DNA of 64,000 nt from an uncultured Gammaproteobacteria bacterium. GTDB lineage: Bacteria; Patescibacteriota; Microgenomatia; Levybacterales; GWA1-39-11. Positions within the stretch are counted from its first letter, which is position 1, and each line of letters begins with the position of its first letter. The DNA lies in the NCBI GenBank assembly GCA_964485575.1, contig CAZAJO010000003.1:19722-83721 (forward strand). Reading direction: 5' to 3'. Position numbers and translations under genes: made by a program. This document shows, one piece after another, positions 56,744 to 64,000 of this stretch. The notes under the pieces were generated by a model. That model was not told where the DNA came from. It ran no database searches and saw only the letters and a program-made list of their open reading frames with translations.

Positions 56744-57302
56744 ATTTTTTCATGAATGTATCAAGTTTACGCTCAAAATCTTTCATATCACTATTGCTAT
56801 CTATGTAAACGTCTGCAAGAGCAATACAAAGCGCAGTCTGAAGACCAGTTATTTTCTCATCTACGCCAAGATCGCGCAAGTCCAATGATCTAAACAAACT
56901 TTTTGTGAGCTTTTCTCTTCTCTTTAGCTTCCTGAGACGTTCAAATCTGATATCCCGATCAGCAACAACGGCAAGAAGTACACCTTTATTTTTTCTAAGA
57001 ACTTCTACTTCCCCGAGATTTCTTAGCCCATCAATTACAATCTTCTCATTATTTTTAACAGATGATAATGCCTTTGTCGCAAGAATACCTGAACCGTATA
57101 CTTCTCTCCACTCATTACCGATATCTTGAAGAACTTTTCTAGTCAGTGGAAGTTTTCTTTTGAGAGCTTCTTTTTCTAAGGGTTGTGAAAGAGCTACAAC
57201 TTTGTATCCTTTATTTTCTAAATATTTTGCGGCTGTCGTTTTACCGCTCCCAAAAGCACCAGTTATTCCAATTATCCGCTTTGTATTACTTGAGGATTCC
57301 AT
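56733..57302 (-). CDS. P-loop nucleotide kinase (dephospho-CoA kinase-like)
   Basis: 189 aa with IIGITGAFGSGKTT. Family assignment is tentative. Confidence 0.45.
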   Translation of the reverse strand: MESSSNTKRIIGITGAFGSGKTTAAKYLENKGYKVVALSQPLEKEALKRKLPLTRKVLQDIGNEWREVYGSGILATKALSSVKNNEKIVIDGLRNLGEVEVLRKNKGVLLAVVADRDIRFERLRKLKRREKLTKSLFRSLDLRDLGVDEKITGLQTALCIALADVYIDSNSDMKDFERKLDTFMKKYGY

Positions 57303-57315
57303 GAAAATCGAACTG

Positions 57316-57852
57316 TCAAACCCTAAGCTTTTTCACAATTTCGTGGTGAATTTCTTTTATTGGTTTTTCCCCATCAATTTCATGAACTATTTTCTTTTTA
57401 CGATAATAATCTATAACTGGTTTTGTTTTCTCGTGAAATAAATTGATTCTTTTTTTAATTGCCTTTAGAGTATCGTCTTCACGGTCGTCATCTCTTCCAG
57501 CCAATCTCCACAATGCTTCTTTATCACTTACTGCCAAGTAAATCACTCCTTTTATTCCATTTTCAAACCGTTCTGCCTGTGGAACCGTACGGGGAAATCC
57601 ATCAAGTATATAACCATTTTTGTATTCATCCCGTCCTAAGTATTCTTGGACAATCTCAAGAGTTTTCTCGTCTGAAATCAAAAACCCAGCATTCATAGTT
57701 TCTTTAATATAACGGCCTATCGGGGTTTTTTCTTTAGCCATTTCACGAAAAATATGTCCTGAAGAAAGATAGGGAATTTTAAGTTTTTTAGATAGTAAAT
57801 TGCCCTGAGTACTCTTACCACTACCTTGAATTCCGATGAGTATTATTTTCAT
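57316..57852 (-). CDS. adk: Adenylate kinase (short form)
   Basis: MKIILIGIQGSGKSTQG P-loop and an NMP-binding region. Confidence 0.85.
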   Translation of the reverse strand: MKIILIGIQGSGKSTQGNLLSKKLKIPYLSSGHIFREMAKEKTPIGRYIKETMNAGFLISDEKTLEIVQEYLGRDEYKNGYILDGFPRTVPQAERFENGIKGVIYLAVSDKEALWRLAGRDDDREDDTLKAIKKRINLFHEKTKPVIDYYRKKKIVHEIDGEKPIKEIHHEIVKKLRV

Positions 57853-57858
57853 GAATTA

Positions 57859-59145
57859 TTAAAGATTGAATCTTTCGTATGAACGGGTTACAAGCTGGGT
57901 TTGGAAGATTTTGACTGTTTCGATGACTACAGAGACTACAATCAAAATACTTGTTCCACCGACAAGTAAGGCTTGAATACCTGTGGCTGATTGGAGAATA
58001 TTAGGGATGATTGCAACAAGACCAAGAAATAGTCCCCCAACAAGTGTAATTCTTGTCACTATGTAGTTCAAATAGTGTGCCGTTGGTTTTCCAGGACGTA
58101 TACCAGGTATAAAACCTCCTCCTTCTTGGATATCCTCAGAAACTTTTTGAGGATTTATGACGATTGCTGTATAAAAATACGTGAATCCAAAAACCATGAG
58201 GAAGTAAACTATGTTATACCAGATGGTTGTTGAAGAAAAATTTGTAGCTAGGAAATGCCCAACACCTGCAAGGGCTACATTTTTTGATGCGATAAAGTAA
58301 TTTGACAAGAGGGATGGAAGAAGAACTATTGAGATAGCAAAGATGATTGGAACGACTCCTGCTGAATTAAGGCGCAATGGTAAGAATGTTTGTTGTGCAC
58401 TCTCAGATTTTCCTCCACGAATGCGTCTTGCATAGACAACTGGAACTTTTCTGACAGCCTCAGTGACAAAAACAATAGCAGCGATAAGAGCAAAAGCTGC
58501 TGCTGCGATAAGAGCGTAATTCATAAGCTGATCAGGTGTTATAGTTGTAAATGCTTGTCCAATCGCTGATGGGACTCCTCCGACAATACCTGCAAATATG
58601 ATAAGAGAAATGCCATTGCCGATATTTTGCTCTGAGATAAGTTCTCCAATCCAAAGGATAAGCATCGTTCCTGCAACGAGTGTTGTAATGAATGTGACTA
58701 ATAAAAAGGGGTCGAGATTTGCGATAAGACCTTGAGATCTTAGCAATGCATACATTCCAATTGCCTGCAGTACTGCAAGTGGAAGAGTGATATAGCGTGT
58801 GTACTGATTTATTTTTTGACGGCCATATTCTCCCTCTTTCTGCAGTTCTTCAAGTTTTGGATAAATTTGTGTTGCAAGCTGCATCACAATTGAAGCGTAG
58901 ATGTATGGACCTATCCCAACGGCAAGTACCGAGAAATTCGCAAGTGTTCCTCCACCCAAAAGATTGACGAGTCCTAAAAATTGATTCTGATCAAAAAGAG
59001 CTTTTAACTGATTGATATTAACTCCTGAAACTGGGATATGTGCTAAAAATCTGAATGCTAGTAAGAGGGCAAGAACGACGATTGTCTTTTTCCTTAGTTC
59101 ACGATCTTTGAGGATCTTCTTAAGGACTGCAAAAAATTTGCTCAT
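57859..59145 (-). CDS. secY: Protein translocase subunit SecY
   Basis: 428 aa with 10 TM helices, located after rplO in the conserved position. Confidence 0.9.
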   Translation of the reverse strand: MSKFFAVLKKILKDRELRKKTIVVLALLLAFRFLAHIPVSGVNINQLKALFDQNQFLGLVNLLGGGTLANFSVLAVGIGPYIYASIVMQLATQIYPKLEELQKEGEYGRQKINQYTRYITLPLAVLQAIGMYALLRSQGLIANLDPFLLVTFITTLVAGTMLILWIGELISEQNIGNGISLIIFAGIVGGVPSAIGQAFTTITPDQLMNYALIAAAAFALIAAIVFVTEAVRKVPVVYARRIRGGKSESAQQTFLPLRLNSAGVVPIIFAISIVLLPSLLSNYFIASKNVALAGVGHFLATNFSSTTIWYNIVYFLMVFGFTYFYTAIVINPQKVSEDIQEGGGFIPGIRPGKPTAHYLNYIVTRITLVGGLFLGLVAIIPNILQSATGIQALLVGGTSILIVVSVVIETVKIFQTQLVTRSYERFNL

Positions 59146-59153
59146 AAATAAAT

Positions 59154-59585
59154 CTACTCTATGCTACCGCCTGCCTTTTCTACCTTCGCGCGCGCTGAAT
59201 TTGATATAGGAAGTTTGATCGTATAAACACCCTTCAAATCCCCGTCTCCTAAAATCTTCACGCCAAATTTCTTTGCATCGGCGGATGCTACTATATTATG
59301 TTTGATAAGCATTTCAATATCAACAACAGACTTTACCGGAAGAAGATTTAATGCACTCAGATTTATAACTATTGGTTTTGTCTGTAAAGAATAGTTTCTC
59401 CCTTTACCACGTCTAAATGGGAGTCTTTTTATTAGCGGGAGTGCTCCTCCTTCAAATGAGAGAGCTCTTTTGCTTCGGGCATTCTGCCCTTTCATTCCCC
59501 GTCCTGAAGTCTTTGCACGACCTGTCCCGTGTCCTTGTCCAAGTCTTCTTGATCTTTTAGTTGTTAATTTTGGTAAATTGTTCAT
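59154..59585 (-). CDS. rplO: 50S ribosomal protein L15
   Basis: GRGxGSGxGKTSGRG glycine-rich N-terminus. Confidence 0.9.
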   Translation of the reverse strand: MNNLPKLTTKRSRRLGQGHGTGRAKTSGRGMKGQNARSKRALSFEGGALPLIKRLPFRRGKGRNYSLQTKPIVINLSALNLLPVKSVVDIEMLIKHNIVASADAKKFGVKILGDGDLKGVYTIKLPISNSARAKVEKAGGSIE

Positions 59586-59617
59586 ATGTTACTTTTGCTT
59601 GCTAAAGCAAGCTTTGC

Positions 59618-60061
59618 TTATGCGTTTGTCTTTCTCCCAAGTTCTTTAAGTGCAGCAAATGTTGCGTGAACATTACTTCCTTTATTTGCAGTACCTAAAA
59701 TCTTTGATGAAATGTTTCTAATTCCGGCTGCCTCAACCACACTTCTTACAGCTCCCCCAGCAATGATTCCTGACCCTTGAGGTGCTGGTTTTAAAATGAT
59801 TTGTGCTGCACCTTCTTTGACACGGATTGCTCTTGGAATTGTGTCATTTATTATCGGTACATCGATAAAATGCTTTTTAGCATAAGAGATTGCTTTTTGG
59901 ATAGCTTGGGAAACATCGGCTGACTTTCCAAGACCAACGCCAACTTTACCCTTGCGGTCCCCAACAACAGCTAGAGCTGAAAATCTCATTTTGTTACCAC
60001 CTTTAGTTTTTTTAGAAACCCGGTTGATCTGTACTATTTTTTCGTCGTATTGATTATCCAT
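59618..60061 (-). CDS. rpsE: 30S ribosomal protein S5
   Basis: 147 aa, RFSALAVVGDRKGKVGVGLGKS. Confidence 0.9.
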   Translation of the reverse strand: MDNQYDEKIVQINRVSKKTKGGNKMRFSALAVVGDRKGKVGVGLGKSADVSQAIQKAISYAKKHFIDVPIINDTIPRAIRVKEGAAQIILKPAPQGSGIIAGGAVRSVVEAAGIRNISSKILGTANKGSNVHATFAALKELGRKTNA

Positions 60062-60062
60062 A

Positions 60063-60401
60063 CTAGAATATCAGTCCTCCTTCTCGTGCAGAATCTGCCA
60101 AAGCTTTTACACGTCCGTGGAACTTGTAAGATCCTTTGTCAAAAACTACTTTTGTAACTTTTTTTGCTTTTGCTTTTTCTGCAATTAACTTTCCTACCTC
60201 AATTGCTTGCTCCATTTTCTTCGTTGCCTTTACCTCTTTTGATGATGCTGAAGCGACTGTTTTTGCCTTTGAATCATCAATGATCTGAGCATATATATTT
60301 GTATTTGAACGATAGACAGAAAGTCTTGGTCTATCAGAAACAAACGCAATCTTTTTTCTAATTCTTGTTGTCCTTCTTGTTTTGCTATTTTTATTATTCA
60401 T
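60063..60401 (-). CDS. rplR: 50S ribosomal protein L18
   Basis: 112 aa, [20 protein letters not shown]. Confidence 0.9.
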   Translation of the reverse strand: MNNKNSKTRRTTRIRKKIAFVSDRPRLSVYRSNTNIYAQIIDDSKAKTVASASSKEVKATKKMEQAIEVGKLIAEKAKAKKVTKVVFDKGSYKFHGRVKALADSAREGGLIF

Positions 60402-60439
60402 ATTATTTTTATAACTAAACGCTAAACCCTAAACGCTTA

Positions 60440-60979
60440 TTAGGCGGCCTTCGCTGCTTTACCTGCCTTTCTTCTTACTTTCTCACCTTCATATTTGATT
60501 CCCTTTGCCTTATAAGGATCCGGTGGTCTTACTTTTCTTATTTTGCTTGCAACATCTCCAACAATTTGTTTGTCTATACCAGTAACGGTTATGATATTCT
60601 CCTCAACTGCAAATGTGACATTCTCAGGTGCAGAAATCTTTACCGGATGAGAAAATCCAAGATTTAAGATAAGGTCACGTCCATCAACTCTTGCTCTATA
60701 ACCAACTCCAGACAATTCCAACTTCCTATTAAATCCCTTTGATACTCCCGTTGCCATGTTTGAGATGAGAGATCTTGTTAGACCATAGAATTTTTCAAGA
60801 TACTTCGCATCGTGTTCTTTTTTAACGGTAACGATATTGTCTGCAACAACAACGTCTATCCCTGTTGGGATATTCCATGACAAAGAACCCTTAGTTCCTG
60901 TGACAGTAACGTTCTTACCGTCTTTTACGACAGTAACTCCTGCATCCAATGTTATTATTTGTTTTCCGATATTTGACAT
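60440..60979 (-). CDS. rplF: 50S ribosomal protein L6
   Basis: 179 aa with two repeated L6 domains. Confidence 0.9.
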   Translation of the reverse strand: MSNIGKQIITLDAGVTVVKDGKNVTVTGTKGSLSWNIPTGIDVVVADNIVTVKKEHDAKYLEKFYGLTRSLISNMATGVSKGFNRKLELSGVGYRARVDGRDLILNLGFSHPVKISAPENVTFAVEENIITVTGIDKQIVGDVASKIRKVRPPDPYKAKGIKYEGEKVRRKAGKAAKAA

Positions 60980-60981
60980 AA

Positions 60982-61371
60982 TTAACTTATTCGGGCGAGT
61001 AGTTCTCCACCGATTCCTAATTTAGTTGCTTTTCTGTTAGACATTATTCCCTGGTTGGTTGAAAGGATTGCCAAATCATATTTTGTTGCAACTTTTCTTG
61101 TCTTAACTTTATTTACATATGTGTGCACTGAAGGTTTTGAGATGATTTTTACGTCCTTCATTGCAGCTTCATTTTTTCTGTACAACAATGTAGCTTTTAC
61201 AACTGGCTTTTCCTCTTCTTTTCCTTCTTTAATGTCTTTTATATATCCTTCATCTTTAAGGACCATTCCGATAGAAAGGACCATCTTGGAGTAAGGAAAA
61301 CTTACTTCATTTTTATTAGCCATGTAGGCATTTTTTATTTGTATTAAAAAACTTGCGATAGGGTATGTCAT
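60982..61371 (-). CDS. rpsH: 30S ribosomal protein S8
   Basis: 129 aa, DPIADFLIRIKNA-like N-terminus (PIASFLIQIKNA). Confidence 0.9.
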   Translation of the reverse strand: MTYPIASFLIQIKNAYMANKNEVSFPYSKMVLSIGMVLKDEGYIKDIKEGKEEEKPVVKATLLYRKNEAAMKDVKIISKPSVHTYVNKVKTRKVATKYDLAILSTNQGIMSNRKATKLGIGGELLARIS

Positions 61372-61381
61372 ATTTTAATTT

Positions 61382-61567
61382 TTACCAAGAAGCTTTTTTA
61401 ACTCCTGGAAACTCTCCTTTCAATGCTCTTTCACGGAAACATATTCTACAGATTCCGAATAATCTCATGTATCCTCTTGTTCTTCCACAAAGCGCACAGA
61501 GATTAACGTTACGTGTTTTGTATTTCTGTTTCTTTCCTAATTTTACGATTGTTGATGTTTTGCTCAT
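61382..61567 (-). CDS. rpsZ: 30S ribosomal protein S14, type Z (zinc-binding)
   Basis: 61 aa, [23 protein letters not shown]. Confidence 0.9.
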   Translation of the reverse strand: MSKTSTIVKLGKKQKYKTRNVNLCALCGRTRGYMRLFGICRICFRERALKGEFPGVKKASW

Positions 61568-61572
61568 ATTAT

Positions 61573-62124
61573 TTAGTTCTTAGCTTCTCCTTTAACAAAT
61601 GGCATTCCCATTGCAGTTAACAATGCTTTTGCTTTTTCATCATCCCGCGCATTAGTTACTATTGTAACCTGCAAAGAACGAAGAACATCTACTTTACCGG
61701 AATCGATTTCAGGGAAAACCAGTTGTTCAGAGAAGCCAAACGATATATTACCTCTTCCGTCGAAAGCTTTCAAGTCTACCCCGTTAAAATCTTTAACCCG
61801 AGGGAATACGATTTTAACAAGTTTTTCTAAGAAATCATACATTCTCTGACCACGAAGAGTAACATTCATTCCGATTTTGTCTCCTTCACGAAGTTTAAAG
61901 GTAGCGATAGAAACTCTCGCTTTTGCAATTCTTGGCTTTTGACCCGTAATTAATGTCAGATCCTCAAGTGCACGTTCTATGTTTTTCTTATCCTTTAAGA
62001 ACTCACGAGAACTCATGTTAACGTTAATCTTTGTGACTCTTGGTACAGCCATAACAGATTTAACCTTAAGCTGAGCTTTTAGGTCTTTTACAATTTTTTC
62101 TTCAAAGTTTTTTCTAAATTCCAT
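61573..62124 (-). CDS. rplE: 50S ribosomal protein L5
   Basis: 183 aa, located directly upstream of the S14 gene. Confidence 0.9.
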   Translation of the reverse strand: MEFRKNFEEKIVKDLKAQLKVKSVMAVPRVTKINVNMSSREFLKDKKNIERALEDLTLITGQKPRIAKARVSIATFKLREGDKIGMNVTLRGQRMYDFLEKLVKIVFPRVKDFNGVDLKAFDGRGNISFGFSEQLVFPEIDSGKVDVLRSLQVTIVTNARDDEKAKALLTAMGMPFVKGEAKN

Positions 62125-62136
62125 AGTATTAAATAA

Positions 62137-62250
62137 TTAACCTTGTCTCTGTTTGTGGCGTGGATTTTCACAAATCACAAGCAATCGTCCCTTTCTTTTG
62201 ACGATCTTACAATTCAGACAACGTTTTTTAACTGATGCTTGTACTTTCAT
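62137..62250 (-). CDS. rpmJ: 50S ribosomal protein L36, in a non-canonical position between rplX and rplE
   Basis: Found by my own translation, since it is below the ORF-track size cutoff: [37 protein letters not shown] with a TAA stop. This is the C-x2-C...C..H zinc-ribbon pattern of L36. Confidence 0.8.
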   Translation of the reverse strand: MKVQASVKKRCLNCKIVKRKGRLLVICENPRHKQRQG

Positions 62251-62252
62251 AT

Positions 62253-62558
62253 TTAGATTTTTTCCTTACTCATTCTGCTAATTCTTTCTTTTACACCTTT
62301 AACAATTTTGTATCCTACTCTTGTTGGTTTTTTCTTTTTAGGATCAAGTAAAGAAACTTTACTTGCATGCAATGGTTTTGAAAAAGTTACAATTTCGGAT
62401 TTTTGTCCTTGTTGTCGTGACTTTACATGTCTTTTATATTGATTTAAGTTCTCAACCAATACCATATCTTTTGAAGGGAAAACCCTCATGACCGTTCCGG
62501 TCTTACCTTTGTCTTTTCCTATCATAACTTGTACTGTATCTCCTTTATGTATTTTCAT
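62253..62558 (-). CDS. rplX: 50S ribosomal protein L24
   Basis: [24 protein letters not shown] motif. Confidence 0.9.
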   Translation of the reverse strand: MKIHKGDTVQVMIGKDKGKTGTVMRVFPSKDMVLVENLNQYKRHVKSRQQGQKSEIVTFSKPLHASKVSLLDPKKKKPTRVGYKIVKGVKERISRMSKEKI

Positions 62559-62601
62559 AATTAATTTATTAATTTCAAGCTTTGCTTATAGTTAATTTAA
62601 T

Positions 62602-62973
62602 TTAAACGACGTTCTTGGCTAACGATGCAATTTTTGCAAATCCTGCGTCTTTTACTTCACGAGCCACTGGTCCGAATATACGAGTCCCCATTGGATCTTT
62701 TGTTTTTTCATCTATTACAACTCCTGCATTTTCAGAGAATCTGATGTAAGTTCCGTCATCTCTTCGCTGTTCTTTTTTTGCTCTGACCAGAACTACTTTT
62801 ACCTTGTCTCCCTTTTTGAATTGTCCGTGTGGTAGAGCCTTTTTGACGACACATCCAAGTGTTTCTCCAAGATAACCAAAACTTCTTTTTGATCCACCGT
62901 AAATGTGGATTACTTGAAGTTGTTTTGCACCGCTGTTGTCAGCGACAACCAACATTGTTCTGTGTTGTACCAT
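62602..62973 (-). CDS. rplN: 50S ribosomal protein L14
   Basis: 123 aa, MVQHRTMLVVADNSGAK. Confidence 0.9.
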   Translation of the reverse strand: MVQHRTMLVVADNSGAKQLQVIHIYGGSKRSFGYLGETLGCVVKKALPHGQFKKGDKVKVVLVRAKKEQRRDDGTYIRFSENAGVVIDEKTKDPMGTRIFGPVAREVKDAGFAKIASLAKNVV

Positions 62974-62974
62974 A

Positions 62975-63304
62975 TTACTTCTTATCCTCCTTAGAGACTA
63001 CTTTATAATTTTTGTCTTTACTTAACGGTCTAGTTCCTTGAATCTTTACAATGTCTCCATCGGCAAGATTCATACCGTTTGAGTCTACCTTCAATCTCTT
63101 GGTAACTTTTATCAACTTTCCGTATAACTTGTGTGCAACTTTTCTCTCAATTGCGACAACTACAGTTTTTTGCATTTTTGTTGAAACGACAGTACCTGTC
63201 ATTGTTCTTTTAGTTGTATCCATAACTTCTTTTGTAGCTTTTGGTTTTGTCTCCTTTACTACTTTTTTTTCAATTGTTTTTGTTGTTTTCTTTGTTGTTG
63301 CCAT
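62975..63304 (-). CDS. rpsQ: 30S ribosomal protein S17 with an N-terminal basic extension
   Basis: MTGTVVSTKMQKTVVVAIERKVAHKLYGK. Confidence 0.85.
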   Translation of the reverse strand: MATTKKTTKTIEKKVVKETKPKATKEVMDTTKRTMTGTVVSTKMQKTVVVAIERKVAHKLYGKLIKVTKRLKVDSNGMNLADGDIVKIQGTRPLSKDKNYKVVSKEDKK

Positions 63305-63305
63305 A

Positions 63306-63545
63306 TTATTTAGTTAGCTCTTTTTGTTCTTCAGTTTTTTTAATTTCAGTTCCTTGCTTTTCAGAAAGGTATGTCAAAACTCGTGCAATATCTTTTTTCT
63401 TCATATATAAAGCGTTTGTGTTCTCTGCTTTTCCTGTTTTCATATCCAAAGCAAGCTTACTAACTTCAGAGCGCATACCACGAAGTTCATGGATCAGCTC
63501 ATCAACTGTCTTTGTTCTTAATTCTTTTTTCTGTTGTGTCTTCAT
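63306..63545 (-). CDS. rpmC: 50S ribosomal protein L29
   Basis: 79 aa, helical, LRTKTVDELIHELRGMRSE. Confidence 0.85.
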   Translation of the reverse strand: MKTQQKKELRTKTVDELIHELRGMRSEVSKLALDMKTGKAENTNALYMKKKDIARVLTYLSEKQGTEIKKTEEQKELTK

Positions 63546-63546
63546 G

Positions 63547-63960
63547 TTAATTGTGTTTTTTAACGAATGTTGCCTTTACTGCCAATTTCATAGCAGCAAG
63601 TCTTAATGCTTCTTTTGCTGTTGCTTCATCAATTCCGCCCATCTCAAACATGACTTGTCCGAGTCTTACGATAGATACCCAATGATCAACATCCCCTTTT
63701 CCTCCACCCATTCTCGTCTCCGGCGGTTTTTTAGTAATAGGCATTGCAGGAAAAATCCGTATCCAGACTCTTCCTCCTCTTTTTATGAAATGGACAATAG
63801 CCCGTCTTGCAGCCTCTATTTGACGTGATGAGACGTGCCCTGACTCTGACGCCTGAAGTCCATACTCACCAAAGCTAACCTTGGTTCCCTTTACGGCAGG
63901 CCCTGGTAGGCTTCTTGGCTTAAATAATTTTCTATATTTTGTTTTCTTTGGTTGTAACAT
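63547..63960 (-). CDS. rplP: 50S ribosomal protein L16
   Basis: [17 protein letters not shown]-terminus. Confidence 0.9.
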   Translation of the reverse strand: MLQPKKTKYRKLFKPRSLPGPAVKGTKVSFGEYGLQASESGHVSSRQIEAARRAIVHFIKRGGRVWIRIFPAMPITKKPPETRMGGGKGDVDHWVSIVRLGQVMFEMGGIDEATAKEALRLAAMKLAVKATFVKKHN

Positions 63961-63972
63961 ATTTTTTAACGC

Positions 63973-64000
63973 TTATTTCTTGTTGATCCAAACTTTTACT
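63973..64000 (-). CDS. rpsC: 30S ribosomal protein S3, extreme C-terminus (partial at window end)
   Basis: The minus strand reads VKVWINKK-stop, matching the conserved S3 GVKVWIF block, and sits directly upstream of rplP. Confidence 0.5.

Noticed and set aside
1-64000. CRISPR arrays and rRNA genes
   Set aside because: No regularly spaced direct repeats with unique spacers are present, and no rRNA-like conserved stretches occur. The only stable RNAs I can support are rnpB and one tRNA-Pro.

Overview
This is an AT-rich, tightly packed bacterial window whose gene content resembles a streamlined CPR/Patescibacteria-type genome; that taxonomic assignment is inference only.

Gene content along the window:
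- A partial secA is followed by housekeeping genes: serS, class I lysRS, greA, ddl, tsaD, topA, rmuC, miaA, hup and RNase Y.
- An RNase P RNA gene (rnpB) lies on the minus strand. It is recognisable from the conserved GAGGAAAGUCCGGAC and ACAGAAUCCGGCU motifs.
- A glycogen/sugar block follows: glycerate kinase, a split transketolase, GH15, GH57 and a glycogen-synthase-like glycosyltransferase.
- The final 13 kb is a long minus-strand ribosomal-protein / secY / adk / map / infA / rpoA operon. rpmJ sits in an unusual slot between rplX and rplE, and no rpmD is present.

The most striking feature is an approximately 12.5 kb accessory segment at 36728..49202:
- It ends exactly at the 3' end of a tRNA-Pro(GGG) gene.
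- It is organised by two pairs of long inverted repeats: an 89-bp perfect pair, and a 103/104-bp pair with one indel.
- The two pairs meet at a central 187-bp composite site immediately upstream of a large serine recombinase gene.
- All three site copies share a 5-bp TGTCG core.
- The 10.7 kb cargo carries:
  - an amino-sugar / nucleoside-type enzyme set: two nucleoside-2-deoxyribosyltransferase-like proteins, a P-loop kinase, an APH-like kinase, a 4,6-dehydratase/epimerase, a DegT aminotransferase, a GT-B glycosyltransferase, a methyltransferase and a His-phosphatase;
  - a standalone OLD-family ATPase-Toprim nuclease, which is a candidate anti-phage defence gene;
  - a GC-rich non-coding block;
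  - a dense cluster of DnaA-box-like ATCCACAG repeats.

The architecture fits either a tRNA-integrated recombinase-borne element or a double invertible (shufflon-like) segment. This cannot be decided from sequence alone.

Other oddities:
- A GC-rich in-frame insertion in tsaD.
- Operator-like AGCAAAATGACT repeats in the divergent promoter between the glycogen-synthase-like gene and the patatin gene.
- A recurring CCCGCA..TGCGGG palindrome.
- A 20-bp tandem duplication at the 3' end of the SGNH hydrolase gene.
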